Below are positions 43,107-52,591 of a stretch of 64,000 bases of DNA, piece after piece. The notes under the pieces are model-generated. The model was not told where the DNA came from, did no database searches, and saw only the letters and a program-made list of their open reading frames with translations. Every line of letters begins with the position of its first letter. The first letter of the stretch is position 1. A program made the translations under genes and the position numbers. Origin of the DNA: Ignavibacteriota bacterium (GTDB lineage Bacteria > Bacteroidota > Ignavibacteria > UBA10030 > CAVZMI01); the NCBI GenBank assembly GCA_963776275.1, contig CAVZMI010000027.1, positions 17,939 through 81,938 on the forward strand, in the 5' to 3' direction.

Positions 43107-44099
43107 TTATGCTTTGTTGGCGCTTCCTAGAACGTTGATAATTTTGTGTTTGTACAATTCTTTCAGTTGATCACGGGCAGGTCCGAGATATTTGCGCGGA
43201 TCGAATTCTGCAGGATTGTCAACCATGGCCTTCCGGACTGCTGCCGTCATAGCCAGACGCCCGTCTGAATCGATGTTGATTTTACACACGGCCGAAGCTG
43301 CGGCCCGGCGTAGTTGTTCTTCCGGAATACCGACGGCATCTTTCAGCTTTCCACCGTTGCTGTTGATGATTCTTACAAGCTCTGCAGGGACAGAAGACGC
43401 TCCGTGCAACACAATCGGAAAACCGGGAATCCTTTTTTCACATTCTTCAAGAATGTCAAAACGGAGCGGCGGCGGAATAAGCACACCGTCTGCCGTCCGT
43501 GTGCACTGCTCGGGTTTGAATTTGTTCGCACCGTGAGATGTTCCAATGGAGATCGCAAGCGAGTCGACTCCGGTCTTCTTCACAAAATCTTCTACTTCTT
43601 CCGGTTTCGTATAGTGCGTCACAGCGCTGGAAACCGCGTCTTCAATACCGGCCAGAACTCCCAGCTCGCCTTCCACAGAAACATCGAATTTGTGAGCGTA
43701 TTCGGCCACCTGTCTCGTAAGCTCTACATTCTTGTCGTACGGGTGGTGCGATCCGTCGATCATCACGGAAGAGAATCCCGATTCGATGCACGATTTACAC
43801 AATTCGAAGGTGTCGCCATGATCAAGATGCAGAACAATCGGAATGGGAAACCCCAACTCTTTTGCATAATCGACAGCCCCTTTTGCCAGGTGCTTCAGGA
43901 GTATTTGGTTGGCATATTTACGGGCGCCACTCGATACCTGAAGAATAACCGGCGATTTCGTTTCTACGCATGCGCCTATAATTGCCTGCAACTGCTCAAG
44001 GTTATTGAAATTGAAAGCCGGAATAGCGTACCCGCCTTTTATAGCTTTCTGAAAAAGGGCTTTAGAATTTACTAATCCCAGATCTTTATAATGAACCAT
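43107..44099 (-). CDS. fba: Fructose-1,6-bisphosphate aldolase class II
   Basis: LHLDHG, VEGELG, GTSHG, VLHGAS, KINIDSD and FDPRKYL. Confidence 0.97.
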   Translation of the reverse strand: MVHYKDLGLVNSKALFQKAIKGGYAIPAFNFNNLEQLQAIIGACVETKSPVILQVSSGARKYANQILLKHLAKGAVDYAKELGFPIPIVLHLDHGDTFELCKSCIESGFSSVMIDGSHHPYDKNVELTRQVAEYAHKFDVSVEGELGVLAGIEDAVSSAVTHYTKPEEVEDFVKKTGVDSLAISIGTSHGANKFKPEQCTRTADGVLIPPPLRFDILEECEKRIPGFPIVLHGASSVPAELVRIINSNGGKLKDAVGIPEEQLRRAAASAVCKINIDSDGRLAMTAAVRKAMVDNPAEFDPRKYLGPARDQLKELYKHKIINVLGSANKA

Positions 44100-44238
44100 G
44101 ACTTTTCACAATTATATTGATAGAAAATGATTTACTCTGAAATATAATGAAAAAAGAAGATTATGACAAGTTCGGATCGGAATATCGACGATTGAAGCCG
44201 CCGTTTTCAAACGCCCCTTCAGAACCAATGTTTCATTA

Positions 44239-45843
44239 TTAATTTATTGCACCTTCCACCCTGTAAAAAACAGCACGAGGTTTTTCTAACATAAAAAGGG
44301 GCCTCAATCCCTTATGCGTATTAGTCGTATCTAAAAGATCCTTAAGCTCAGACCTTGTTGAAGATTCGTATTGACCAAAATACAGGTAATCTACTTTATC
44401 CTGTTTAAGTTTATCGATGAACTGATCATATGTCGGGGCAGCAGGAAGCGCGTGAAAATCGAAGCCTGTCAAATATGCCAGTGCCGGTTTTCTTAATGCT
44501 AATATCTTATCCTGATGATCCCCGGGGACCATACTCTTCACCATGATATTTACCTGCCTGCCTACGGATGCGATATCTGCATCGCTCTGGATAAGAATAT
44601 AATTCTGACTGAATGACAGGGTGAATGTCCAGAGAAAAAGAGCAACAACGATTGTTGCGATTATTTCTTTCGGCCAGAGTCGTGAGAGAGCCCACCGACC
44701 CATAAAAAGTGTTTTGAAAGCCAGTGTGAGATACAGTGGTATGAGAAATAGAGAAAACCTTTCGCTATAAAAAACCACGAGAAGTGTCAGGAATAAAGCA
44801 GCATTGATGATGATATAAAAAATTTCGTATCGTGAAGGTTTTGCCGCCACTACTGTTAGAAGAATCCCGAATAAGACAAAAGCACCGATTTGCCATCCGA
44901 CGAGGAGCGACATATCGTCACAAAAATGATTATAAATGTTGTTGACAATCGTCCTGCTGAACACCAATGGATCTTTTTTGAACACAGAGAGCATTGAATC
45001 GAATTCCTTATCTTTCTTGTACCAGTATCCCTCCCAATCGAGTGTCAATTTATGATACATTTCGTAACCGACATTAAGATAGTTTTGGTTGTAAAAAAAA
45101 TCCCCTTTTTCCTTAGAGCAGTACAATCCCCAGGGTGTTATCGTAAGAAGGTATATTGAAAGAAATATGAGCGCAGCAAAAATTCGCTTCTTCATCGTAT
45201 AAGCATATAGGAAAACGATCGCCAGTACCCCGATCAAGAGAAAAATCCCGTTGTATCGTGTAAGATATGCAATTCCGGAGAATAAGCCGGCAAGGCTGGA
45301 ATTAAGAAATGGGCGAGATTCTATTCCTTGAAGAAGAAAAAATAAGGCACATACGGTAAGTCCATTAAAGAACATGTCGGTGCCCGCAGAATAGGTGTAC
45401 TGAACAAATGATGGATTAATCAGGAGAAAGAGTACCACAACCATTGCGAATATATGATTGAAAATCTTTCTGATAATCTGAAATGAAAGGAAAATGACTA
45501 CACCCGACGAGATTACCGATATTATAATTCCTGTGTAAAAAAAATCCTGGAAGATAAATGAAAGAGACGCTAGAACAATCGTATATACAGGTCCTTTGAA
45601 TGGATCTATAGGGAGATGACCTTTTAGAATTTGTCGTGCCTCCGGTACAAATGACCCAAAGAAATCTGTCCCCACACCAAAGTCACTGACTCGTTGAAAC
45701 AACAGACTGATGATCATCATTATCCCGCAATACAAGAGAGGGATAATTATTGCGAGGTTTTTATTACAGAGTAATTTAGCCAGGGGGGTAGATGGGATTA
45801 GAATATCCAACTCAGGATCTGAGGTATATTGAAACTCACTCAT
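44239..45843 (-). CDS. GT-C (ArnT/PMT/GT39-like) membrane glycosyltransferase
   Basis: Multi-TM protein with an early acidic loop (GTDF), PVYT, TDMFF and AYLTRY, and a soluble C-terminal domain. Confidence 0.75.
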   Translation of the reverse strand: MSEFQYTSDPELDILIPSTPLAKLLCNKNLAIIIPLLYCGIMMIISLLFQRVSDFGVGTDFFGSFVPEARQILKGHLPIDPFKGPVYTIVLASLSFIFQDFFYTGIIISVISSGVVIFLSFQIIRKIFNHIFAMVVVLFLLINPSFVQYTYSAGTDMFFNGLTVCALFFLLQGIESRPFLNSSLAGLFSGIAYLTRYNGIFLLIGVLAIVFLYAYTMKKRIFAALIFLSIYLLTITPWGLYCSKEKGDFFYNQNYLNVGYEMYHKLTLDWEGYWYKKDKEFDSMLSVFKKDPLVFSRTIVNNIYNHFCDDMSLLVGWQIGAFVLFGILLTVVAAKPSRYEIFYIIINAALFLTLLVVFYSERFSLFLIPLYLTLAFKTLFMGRWALSRLWPKEIIATIVVALFLWTFTLSFSQNYILIQSDADIASVGRQVNIMVKSMVPGDHQDKILALRKPALAYLTGFDFHALPAAPTYDQFIDKLKQDKVDYLYFGQYESSTRSELKDLLDTTNTHKGLRPLFMLEKPRAVFYRVEGAIN

Positions 45844-46021
45844 ATGATCCCTCTCCCGAAAAGATGATTGGATAGAAAATGTCTTTCCCGCATCTCGACA
45901 TAAATATCTATTACTTTCCTCCCCCTGTCAATCTATGATAATATCGGAAGGTTATATCCCGAATTCAATATCTAAATATGAAGGGAGGAATTATGGTACA
46001 TCTGGATAATCTATCTCTCAT

Positions 46022-46230
46022 CTACGATATACCAACAGCGGCATTCCTGAGTAGATCAACCACCGTCGTGCTGATGGTGTCGATTGTTGATACGACAGGT
46101 TTCTTCATAGCCATGGCTTCAAGGGCTTTGAGTCTGGTTCCACCTCCGACATGAAGTGGAATAACATATACCTGAGCCATGGCAATATAGGGCCTTAGAT
46201 CCCTCACGCGTCCGGTGACAATGATCTGTA
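46022..46230 (-). pseudogene. Fragment of a GT4 glycosyltransferase
   Basis: IIVTGRVRDLRPYI...PLHVGGGTRLKALEAMAMKKPVVST is the GT4 donor-binding segment, with no N-terminal domain. Confidence 0.8.
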
Positions 46231-46366
46231 TTTAGATAGGAATAGTTTCGGGGTTGATAAAGGCTAATTCTCTTTTTGTATGCCAAAGTATGAAACGATC
46301 CACCTGACATAAAGCTAACCTGCCACTGCAAAACACAGCCGAATAGCAATTAGATGCGGCATCATG

Positions 46367-47278
46367 TCAAGCAACTTCTCGCCGGGCAATAAAAGTAAAT
46401 GCTCCAGTGGTATTTCTAATGCGAAACTCATTCGTATTCTTGCGGCCGACAATGTCACCTATTGTCCACCATATTCTATGAAGAATCTCAATCGGCATTA
46501 TTAGTGCCTTCGAAAGGAGACCCGGCATTTTGGGAAATAATCCCATATTGGCCTGAGCTACAAGAACGGACCATCCATCACTGGGAGCAATGTATTCAAT
46601 CTTGAATCCCCCTTCTCGTAACGAGTTAAAGGTACCTAAGTGCGTATGATGATAGTAGCTATCTCCGTGAAATGGTTCAAGAAAAGCAACCGTTCCTATA
46701 AAGACTCCGTTTGGTTTTGTAACTCTATATGCTTCTTTCATCATTACAAAAGGAAACCGTACGTGCTCAAGAACGGCACGGGATAAAATGAAATCAAAAC
46801 ATTCATCCTTGAACGGTAGAGCATGAACATCTCCAAGTATTTGAGCCCCGCTGGATTCATAGTCCAATCCCACATATTCAAAACCTGCGTGTTCACATAC
46901 CTTCCGATGAATTGCATTGCCGCACCCGAGGTCCAAAGCAAGACTGCTGTTTGTCTTCGCCTTCGGAAAGTAGCTCATTCTCTCTTTGGTCAGATAAAGA
47001 GGAATCTCAAAGTTACTAAAATCTACTTCAGGCGCTGTGTTTTCTCTCAGTATACCGAAGTTAAACCCTGATTCTGGGAGTAATGATGATCCTAATTCGA
47101 ATTCGTATTTGACCTTTTTTTGCCGCTGAAGTCGCAGATCTAAGGCGCCTGAGTTACTATATCCGTAATATGTCAGGCAATTCTTACACATGGCACCTTC
47201 ATTTGTCTTCTCAAGGGCATTTCCACAATAAGGGCATGCCAAAACATTCCATACATTTTCTGAGATTTGTTTATTCAT
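46367..47278 (-). CDS. Class I SAM-dependent methyltransferase with an N-terminal Trm112-like Zn-ribbon
   Basis: LACPYC...CKNC, LDLGCG, GDVHALPF and VLEHV. ATGA overlap with the upstream gene. Confidence 0.88.
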   Translation of the reverse strand: MNKQISENVWNVLACPYCGNALEKTNEGAMCKNCLTYYGYSNSGALDLRLQRQKKVKYEFELGSSLLPESGFNFGILRENTAPEVDFSNFEIPLYLTKERMSYFPKAKTNSSLALDLGCGNAIHRKVCEHAGFEYVGLDYESSGAQILGDVHALPFKDECFDFILSRAVLEHVRFPFVMMKEAYRVTKPNGVFIGTVAFLEPFHGDSYYHHTHLGTFNSLREGGFKIEYIAPSDGWSVLVAQANMGLFPKMPGLLSKALIMPIEILHRIWWTIGDIVGRKNTNEFRIRNTTGAFTFIARREVA

Positions 47279-48462
47279 AAATTCTGCACAATCCTGACAA
47301 ACTTTATGCACTTTTCCAGTGTGAGTATTGGTATCTGTTCCCATTTCCCATGCCATGCATTGAAAGCGTCATGGATAAATAGCGGTAGAATCCGAAGCGG
47401 GTTGCCGTTTTTTTTAACGCGGAAAGCATTAAACCATAGTGTTGCAGTGTATGGCAATAATTTAAAATTCTGGGGTTCACTCATATACTTGTATTCGGCA
47501 CGTTCGAATTGTGCTACGGGAAGGCGGTCAATTCTTCGGGCAATATCATCTGGAATCTCGACCCTCGCAATATCACGCAGGACTTCAACGGCATGTTTCA
47601 GCCGGAGGTGTAATTGGAGTTTCTCCACCTGTATGATAACACGTTCCCAGTCGAAATCTTTTTTATGATGCTCCAGGATGGTGTTAGCATCAATGATCCA
47701 GCGAAACGGAGGTACCGGATCCCATTTTAATCCGTGTATAAGAATGGTTAAAAAAAGATCAGCAGGATTTAACATGCGGAGCTGAATACCGTCTAATTCG
47801 GTTGAGACCGAATCACGCCAGAAATCGTCGTCATCCCGTTGGCCACAGCATTCTCTAAGGGCATGCCAGTTCAAATCAATATCCATCCCCTTTTGATCGA
47901 CAAAGTTGCGGGAATGTTTTATATAGAGCAAACCCTCGTGGATTTCCTTAAATCTTGGAGGAACGGCTTGAAATCCCATATCCGAAATGACCTGCGCAGC
48001 ACGAAGCACGTCATTGGTCTTGACAAGCAGATCCACGTCATTCAAAGGTCTTAAACCGATCTCTTTATAATAAGAGGAACACAGGGCTATTCCCTTGTGG
48101 AGCATAACTGGAATACCCGCATCCGTAAGCTTTCGGATGACCGCCACGGCTTGATGAATTAACAGATTGTTTTTATACCAGTAAGCTCGATAGATTCCCC
48201 GGCACTTCCCGGTCAATTCGTCTTCTACGCCAAATTTCCGAAGCTTTTTATAAACCAATGGAATCAGGCGCCGCGAACCATGGTCGATCATATTGAAATT
48301 GACAGAGGCCTTCCATGTATTCCACGCCCGGACAGCTTCAGCCTGATCGCTAAGGATGATTGTGATTAACAATTGCTGTTCGGCCGTTGGTAAAAACCCT
48401 CCCTGGTTCGCGTTGTCGATATGCTTCTCTCTCTGCTTGATCATTTCTTTTCGGTATGACAC
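47275..48462 (-). CDS. Nucleotidyltransferase family protein (type seen in lasso/PqqD loci)
   Basis: MLHKGIAL...Y...GLRPLNDVDLLV, DIDLNW and RWIIDA. Confidence 0.85.
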   Translation of the reverse strand: MSYRKEMIKQREKHIDNANQGGFLPTAEQQLLITIILSDQAEAVRAWNTWKASVNFNMIDHGSRRLIPLVYKKLRKFGVEDELTGKCRGIYRAYWYKNNLLIHQAVAVIRKLTDAGIPVMLHKGIALCSSYYKEIGLRPLNDVDLLVKTNDVLRAAQVISDMGFQAVPPRFKEIHEGLLYIKHSRNFVDQKGMDIDLNWHALRECCGQRDDDDFWRDSVSTELDGIQLRMLNPADLFLTILIHGLKWDPVPPFRWIIDANTILEHHKKDFDWERVIIQVEKLQLHLRLKHAVEVLRDIARVEIPDDIARRIDRLPVAQFERAEYKYMSEPQNFKLLPYTATLWFNAFRVKKNGNPLRILPLFIHDAFNAWHGKWEQIPILTLEKCIKFVRIVQNL

Positions 48463-48468
48463 TCCATA

Positions 48469-49161
48469 TCAAGTATTTTTACGCCGCCTGTCGAGCACCT
48501 CCTTGAGAATATGACAAAAATCAGCTCGAGAACCGGATCCTGTGATTCCCATATTGGTGTTGTGAATTCTTCGTATCATAACGATGTCGGGAAGCATGAT
48601 GTTGGTTAATCCCTTCTGTTGTGCCCGGGCATACCAATGGATGAACGGCTCTCTTTCCCATGGGGAATCGAAATAACCGGCTTTAAAAAATGAGTCGCGT
48701 TTAATCAGCATGGCTCCGTGGATATACCCGGGGAGTATTTCTGAAGGAATCCAATAGCGTTTCCGTAAATTTTGGTCGAGATCGGGGCTGAAGAATTGTT
48801 TGACATGTCCAAAAACGATGTCGGTTCCTGGCGATTCTTCAAAAGAGTCCATTTGCAATTGCAGCTTATTCAACGCCCAGAGATCATCGGCATCCAGAAA
48901 GGAAAAGAAATCGCCTTTGGCCGAAGTGATTCCATGGTTCATTGCGGAGCAAAAGCCCCCGTGTTGCTGCGGATAATAGTGAACCGGTTCGGAGTACCTT
49001 CGTGCAATTGCAGCACTGCCGTCCGTTGAACCGTCATCGACTACCATGATCTCGATAGGCTGCCATGTCTGCGCGATCACACTCTCGATGGCTTCTCGAA
49101 GGTAACGTTCGCCATTATAGACTGGAATGATGACGCTGATGAGCGGTCTGTTTTTCGTCAT
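48469..49161 (-). CDS. GT2 family glycosyltransferase
   Basis: SVIIPVYNGE, VDDGSTD, FLDADD and RRIH. Confidence 0.95.
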   Translation of the reverse strand: MTKNRPLISVIIPVYNGERYLREAIESVIAQTWQPIEIMVVDDGSTDGSAAIARRYSEPVHYYPQQHGGFCSAMNHGITSAKGDFFSFLDADDLWALNKLQLQMDSFEESPGTDIVFGHVKQFFSPDLDQNLRKRYWIPSEILPGYIHGAMLIKRDSFFKAGYFDSPWEREPFIHWYARAQQKGLTNIMLPDIVMIRRIHNTNMGITGSGSRADFCHILKEVLDRRRKNT

Positions 49162-49841
49162 GGCGTTCTCTGCTGTTTTCGTTTGCGTTCGATGGAAGCC
49201 TTTATAACCCGGAAATAATCTTTGTTGTCGCTCTGTAACGACATATTCGATCCGTGTATACGGCGGTAGAGAAAAACATCTTGAACAATATCCATCCTGA
49301 AACCCGCCTCTTTTACACGGATGAAAAAATCAACATCAATTGCAAGTGTCAAGTTGCAGTCAAATAGGCCGATTGTATTAAAAACATGTTTACGCACCAT
49401 GACGGCACCAATGATAAGACAAACGAATTCCCCTGCCTGAAAATTTTTCATTGAAACAGTGACCGTACAACCGGGTTCCATATAGTTATGCATTTTTCCT
49501 AAAACCAGGTCGGTTTGCGGATTTGCACTCATGTGATCCATCTGTTTACGCAGGGTGTGCGGAGTCCACCAATCATCCGAATCGAGAAACGTGATGAACT
49601 CACCACGTGCAGCATCAACGCCCTTATTTAAGGCCGCTGCAAGACCCTGATGCGGCTGGGATAGATATCTGACCTCGCCAAATTGTGAAATAATGTCGGC
49701 TGTTTTATCGACTGATCCGTCATCAACGACGATTACATCGAGTGGACGATAATCCTGCCTGAATATACTCTTAAGCGCGTCATCGATGAAACGCTCGCCA
49801 TTGTAGACCGGAATAATTACGCTCACAGCCGGTGTTTCCAT
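49158..49841 (-). CDS. GT2 family glycosyltransferase
   Basis: SVIIPVYNGE, VDDGSVD, FLDSDD and YRRIH. Confidence 0.95.
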   Translation of the reverse strand: METPAVSVIIPVYNGERFIDDALKSIFRQDYRPLDVIVVDDGSVDKTADIISQFGEVRYLSQPHQGLAAALNKGVDAARGEFITFLDSDDWWTPHTLRKQMDHMSANPQTDLVLGKMHNYMEPGCTVTVSMKNFQAGEFVCLIIGAVMVRKHVFNTIGLFDCNLTLAIDVDFFIRVKEAGFRMDIVQDVFLYRRIHGSNMSLQSDNKDYFRVIKASIERKRKQQRTP

Positions 49842-49854
49842 TGTTTACTGCCCC

Positions 49855-50598
49855 TTACGAACGTTTTAAAAATTTTTCAAGATCGATCAGAGATTTGGCC
49901 CTACCACTTTCGTCCTGAAGATGTTGCCGGTCAATAGATTTTTTCAGCATCCGTAGAGTGAAACGATTTCCCATTTCGACCTGATTCGTAAAATTGTGAC
50001 TATGCCTCCTATAATACAAAGTCGTTTGCTGAAGTATTACCATACCGATCCCAAGTTCTCGTGCCCGCATGAACCAGTCCCAGTCATATCCCATGGTCAG
50101 TGTTTCATCGAAATATCCTACCGTGTCGAACACATCCCGTCTGAACAGAGAACATCCCGGGCATAATGCAATATTTGGGGAATCAACCGGCACAAATGAT
50201 CCGGGGCTTTCTGGCAGATTACTGTACCGCATAAGCTGGACGAGTCCCATAACAATATCAACTCTTGGACTCTCTGTAAAATATGGTAATTGGAGACTAA
50301 GGCGATTCTGCGTCCATAGGTCGTCAGCATCCAGAAATCCCACCATATCACCGCGTGCCATAGCGAGCCCCCTGTTGCAAGCCGACGCCGGTCCCTTATT
50401 AGATTGCCGGATATATCGTATAGCATTATTAAACCGCGCAACAATTTGTGCAGTCTTATCGGTCGAACCATCATCGACCACTATTATTTCAAGAGGTTCG
50501 TATCGCTGTTGGAATATACTGTCGATCGCCTGGGCAATAAATTCTTCACAATTGTAAACCGGTATGATTACACTGATGAAGGAACGATTGTATTCCAT
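49855..50598 (-). CDS. GT2 family glycosyltransferase
   Basis: SVIIPVYN, VDDGSTD, FLDADD and YRRH. Confidence 0.95.
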   Translation of the reverse strand: MEYNRSFISVIIPVYNCEEFIAQAIDSIFQQRYEPLEIIVVDDGSTDKTAQIVARFNNAIRYIRQSNKGPASACNRGLAMARGDMVGFLDADDLWTQNRLSLQLPYFTESPRVDIVMGLVQLMRYSNLPESPGSFVPVDSPNIALCPGCSLFRRDVFDTVGYFDETLTMGYDWDWFMRARELGIGMVILQQTTLYYRRHSHNFTNQVEMGNRFTLRMLKKSIDRQHLQDESGRAKSLIDLEKFLKRS

Positions 50599-50601
50599 AC
50601 A

Positions 50602-51690
50602 TCACACCTTTGCCAGCAATGTAAGGATGACTTCAGGGATTTTTGAAAGCTCTGTACCGAGTTTTAATGCAAATGCCGGCACTTTCCGGACGAATTTGCT
50701 CATGCGTCTGAATTCATCATCACCCGCGCTGGCTAATTGGAAAATTGTACTTGGCGCCAATGCTGCAAGTGCCGCGGCGCTTGTAACTTTTTGAATCGTT
50801 GTGTTTTTTTCGTGCGTGATTTGCGGCAATAGAATCGCGCGAACCGGAAAACTCTCAATTACTTTTTCAGGAAAATGTCTATAATAAAAAAGCAGCTTCT
50901 TTTCGTCATCATGTATTCGTGTATTGTATGAGATGGATGTCAACTCCGGGAATTGGAAAAAGATTGCATCATTCAGTTTTACTGAATTATAGAGGCTATG
51001 CACAACAGGCACAGAGATATCCACGTTTATTAAAACATAATCGTCACCGGCGTACTTTAGATTTGAAAAGAGACAGGCGGTCGCCACTGTGGATTTACCC
51101 GAACCTCCCTTGCCAGCAAGCAGAACTCCGCCACTTGTTGTTCCAACAGCCGCAGCGTGAATATATTGCCGGTTATGAATACCCATAAACCACTGTAATA
51201 TGGTCTGCAGCGGAGTCCCGGATTCATAATATGGTACATTCGCCGCATCGCGTATCCACCATACAGCGATATTGTCCTTAATGTCAAGCAAACTCAGAAT
51301 GCCAGAACCCATATGAAACGATGTGCGTATCCGCTCGTTATTGTAGCCGTGTACCGTGCCGCGGTCTCTATAATCCTCTGCCGACCATGGCGGTGACGGC
51401 ATTGCAATACCGGTCGAAAAACTGTCCCATAGGCATATCTTCAACGAGGGAGACTCTGTAGACGGAACAGCAAGGTGTTCGAATGCCGGGGTGATAAATT
51501 CTACCAGCGCGTTACCGGCAAAATAGAGACGCACCGGCAGTCCGCCAATCAGATAATCGCGCTCAACGGTATTGCTCGCAACACCTCCGGCTTTCTGGAA
51601 TCGCTCATAAACAAGTTTGAAAAAATCAACAGGAGCATTCAGACTGGTTGGTGCGGAAATAGTTCCGGTGTGTAATTCCGGGGTTGGCAT
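50602..51690 (-). CDS. HPr-kinase-like P-loop serine kinase
   Basis: IHAAAVG, Walker A GKGGSGKST and AGDDY. Start inferred at ATG 51690, just after the PqqD gene. Confidence 0.85.
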   Translation of the reverse strand: MPTPELHTGTISAPTSLNAPVDFFKLVYERFQKAGGVASNTVERDYLIGGLPVRLYFAGNALVEFITPAFEHLAVPSTESPSLKICLWDSFSTGIAMPSPPWSAEDYRDRGTVHGYNNERIRTSFHMGSGILSLLDIKDNIAVWWIRDAANVPYYESGTPLQTILQWFMGIHNRQYIHAAAVGTTSGGVLLAGKGGSGKSTVATACLFSNLKYAGDDYVLINVDISVPVVHSLYNSVKLNDAIFFQFPELTSISYNTRIHDDEKKLLFYYRHFPEKVIESFPVRAILLPQITHEKNTTIQKVTSAAALAALAPSTIFQLASAGDDEFRRMSKFVRKVPAFALKLGTELSKIPEVILTLLAKV

Positions 51691-51694
51691 GTAA

Positions 51695-52159
51695 TTATTG
51701 AGTACTCTTGGGTTTAACGTTGGGCCAACCTGTATCGTCGACTTCATGAATAGGATCCAGAACCAAAAGACCCTGCATATCAGAATATTTGTTAAGAACC
51801 GGCGCGCAAAACGGTTTTTTGACCGAAGAAGTTTCACTACTGGCAGTGCCAGAGTGCTTTCGATCGGAACTCGAGACATCCAGAACGATCAAGTTTTCTT
51901 TCAGAAGTTCATCGATAAACTCTGCGACAGCCGTTTCGACGTTCCCGGTTTTTCCATCGTATCTACGTGAGAGTATTTCCGTCACTTCAGCGCTTGATGC
52001 CCCAGAAACTATCAATTTCCAAATCTCGTCGCCGGTTGAATCGACACTGAAATAATTCCCGCTGGCAAAATGAATGATTACAGATTCATCTTCGAACGCT
52101 TCGAAGATAACTGTAGGGCTGTTGATTCTGTACCGCGTCGCGTTGACAGGAGTATTCAT
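51695..52159 (-). CDS. PqqD/RRE-domain protein with a C-terminal peptide extension
   Basis: RRE pattern ESVIIHFASGNYFSVDSTGDEIWKLI...LSRRY...VAEFIDELLKENLI, a Ser-rich linker, then FCAPVLNKYSDMQGLLVLDPIHEVDDTGWP. Confidence 0.88.
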   Translation of the reverse strand: MNTPVNATRYRINSPTVIFEAFEDESVIIHFASGNYFSVDSTGDEIWKLIVSGASSAEVTEILSRRYDGKTGNVETAVAEFIDELLKENLIVLDVSSSDRKHSGTASSETSSVKKPFCAPVLNKYSDMQGLLVLDPIHEVDDTGWPNVKPKSTQ

Positions 52160-52365
52160 TATCAAGTGCACTCTTTCGCTTTATATATATATGACGATTG
52201 TTACATGGAGAAACTGATGAATGTTACAAAATTGGATGCTAATAATCAAACCCTACTTTATAAAGTATGTAGAGTGGCGGGAAATGGCAGCTTATTTTGT
52301 GTTTTTAAATCTTCCCATATTAAATCTTTCGACTAAATCCGATGTTGGAATATCGAAATAAAACA

Positions 52366-52395
52366 AAAAAGCCTCCTCAGTAACTTTGGAGGCTC
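52366..52395 (-). terminator. Terminator-like hairpin
   Basis: AAAAAAGCCTCC-N11-GGAGGCT. Confidence 0.6.
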
Positions 52396-52494
52396 TTCAG
52401 TATCTCGAGAAAGACTCTGCGCCAGCTTGTCCGCCGCTTTATTGATCTATAAAAAGACGGCTCCGCTTCGCCGAACGTTTGCCTTACTCCATCT

Positions 52495-52560
52495 GCTTCG
52501 CTCGACTCACTTCGTCCGCCTCGCTCGCCTCGCTTCGCTCGGCGAAGCGGGCGCTCAGCA
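52495..52560. repeat. Nested hairpin elements (family B inside family A)
   Basis: CTCGACTCACTTCGTC...CGCTCAG is interrupted by the 28-mer at 52524-52551. Confidence 0.7.
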
Positions 52561-52591
52561 AAGCGGGTCGTCAGGAAAACCAACGAGAGCT

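Noticed and set aside
46367-52159. Canonical lasso peptide or PQQ biosynthesis cluster
   Set aside because: No asparagine-synthetase-like cyclase, transglutaminase-like peptidase or pqqB/C/E in the window.
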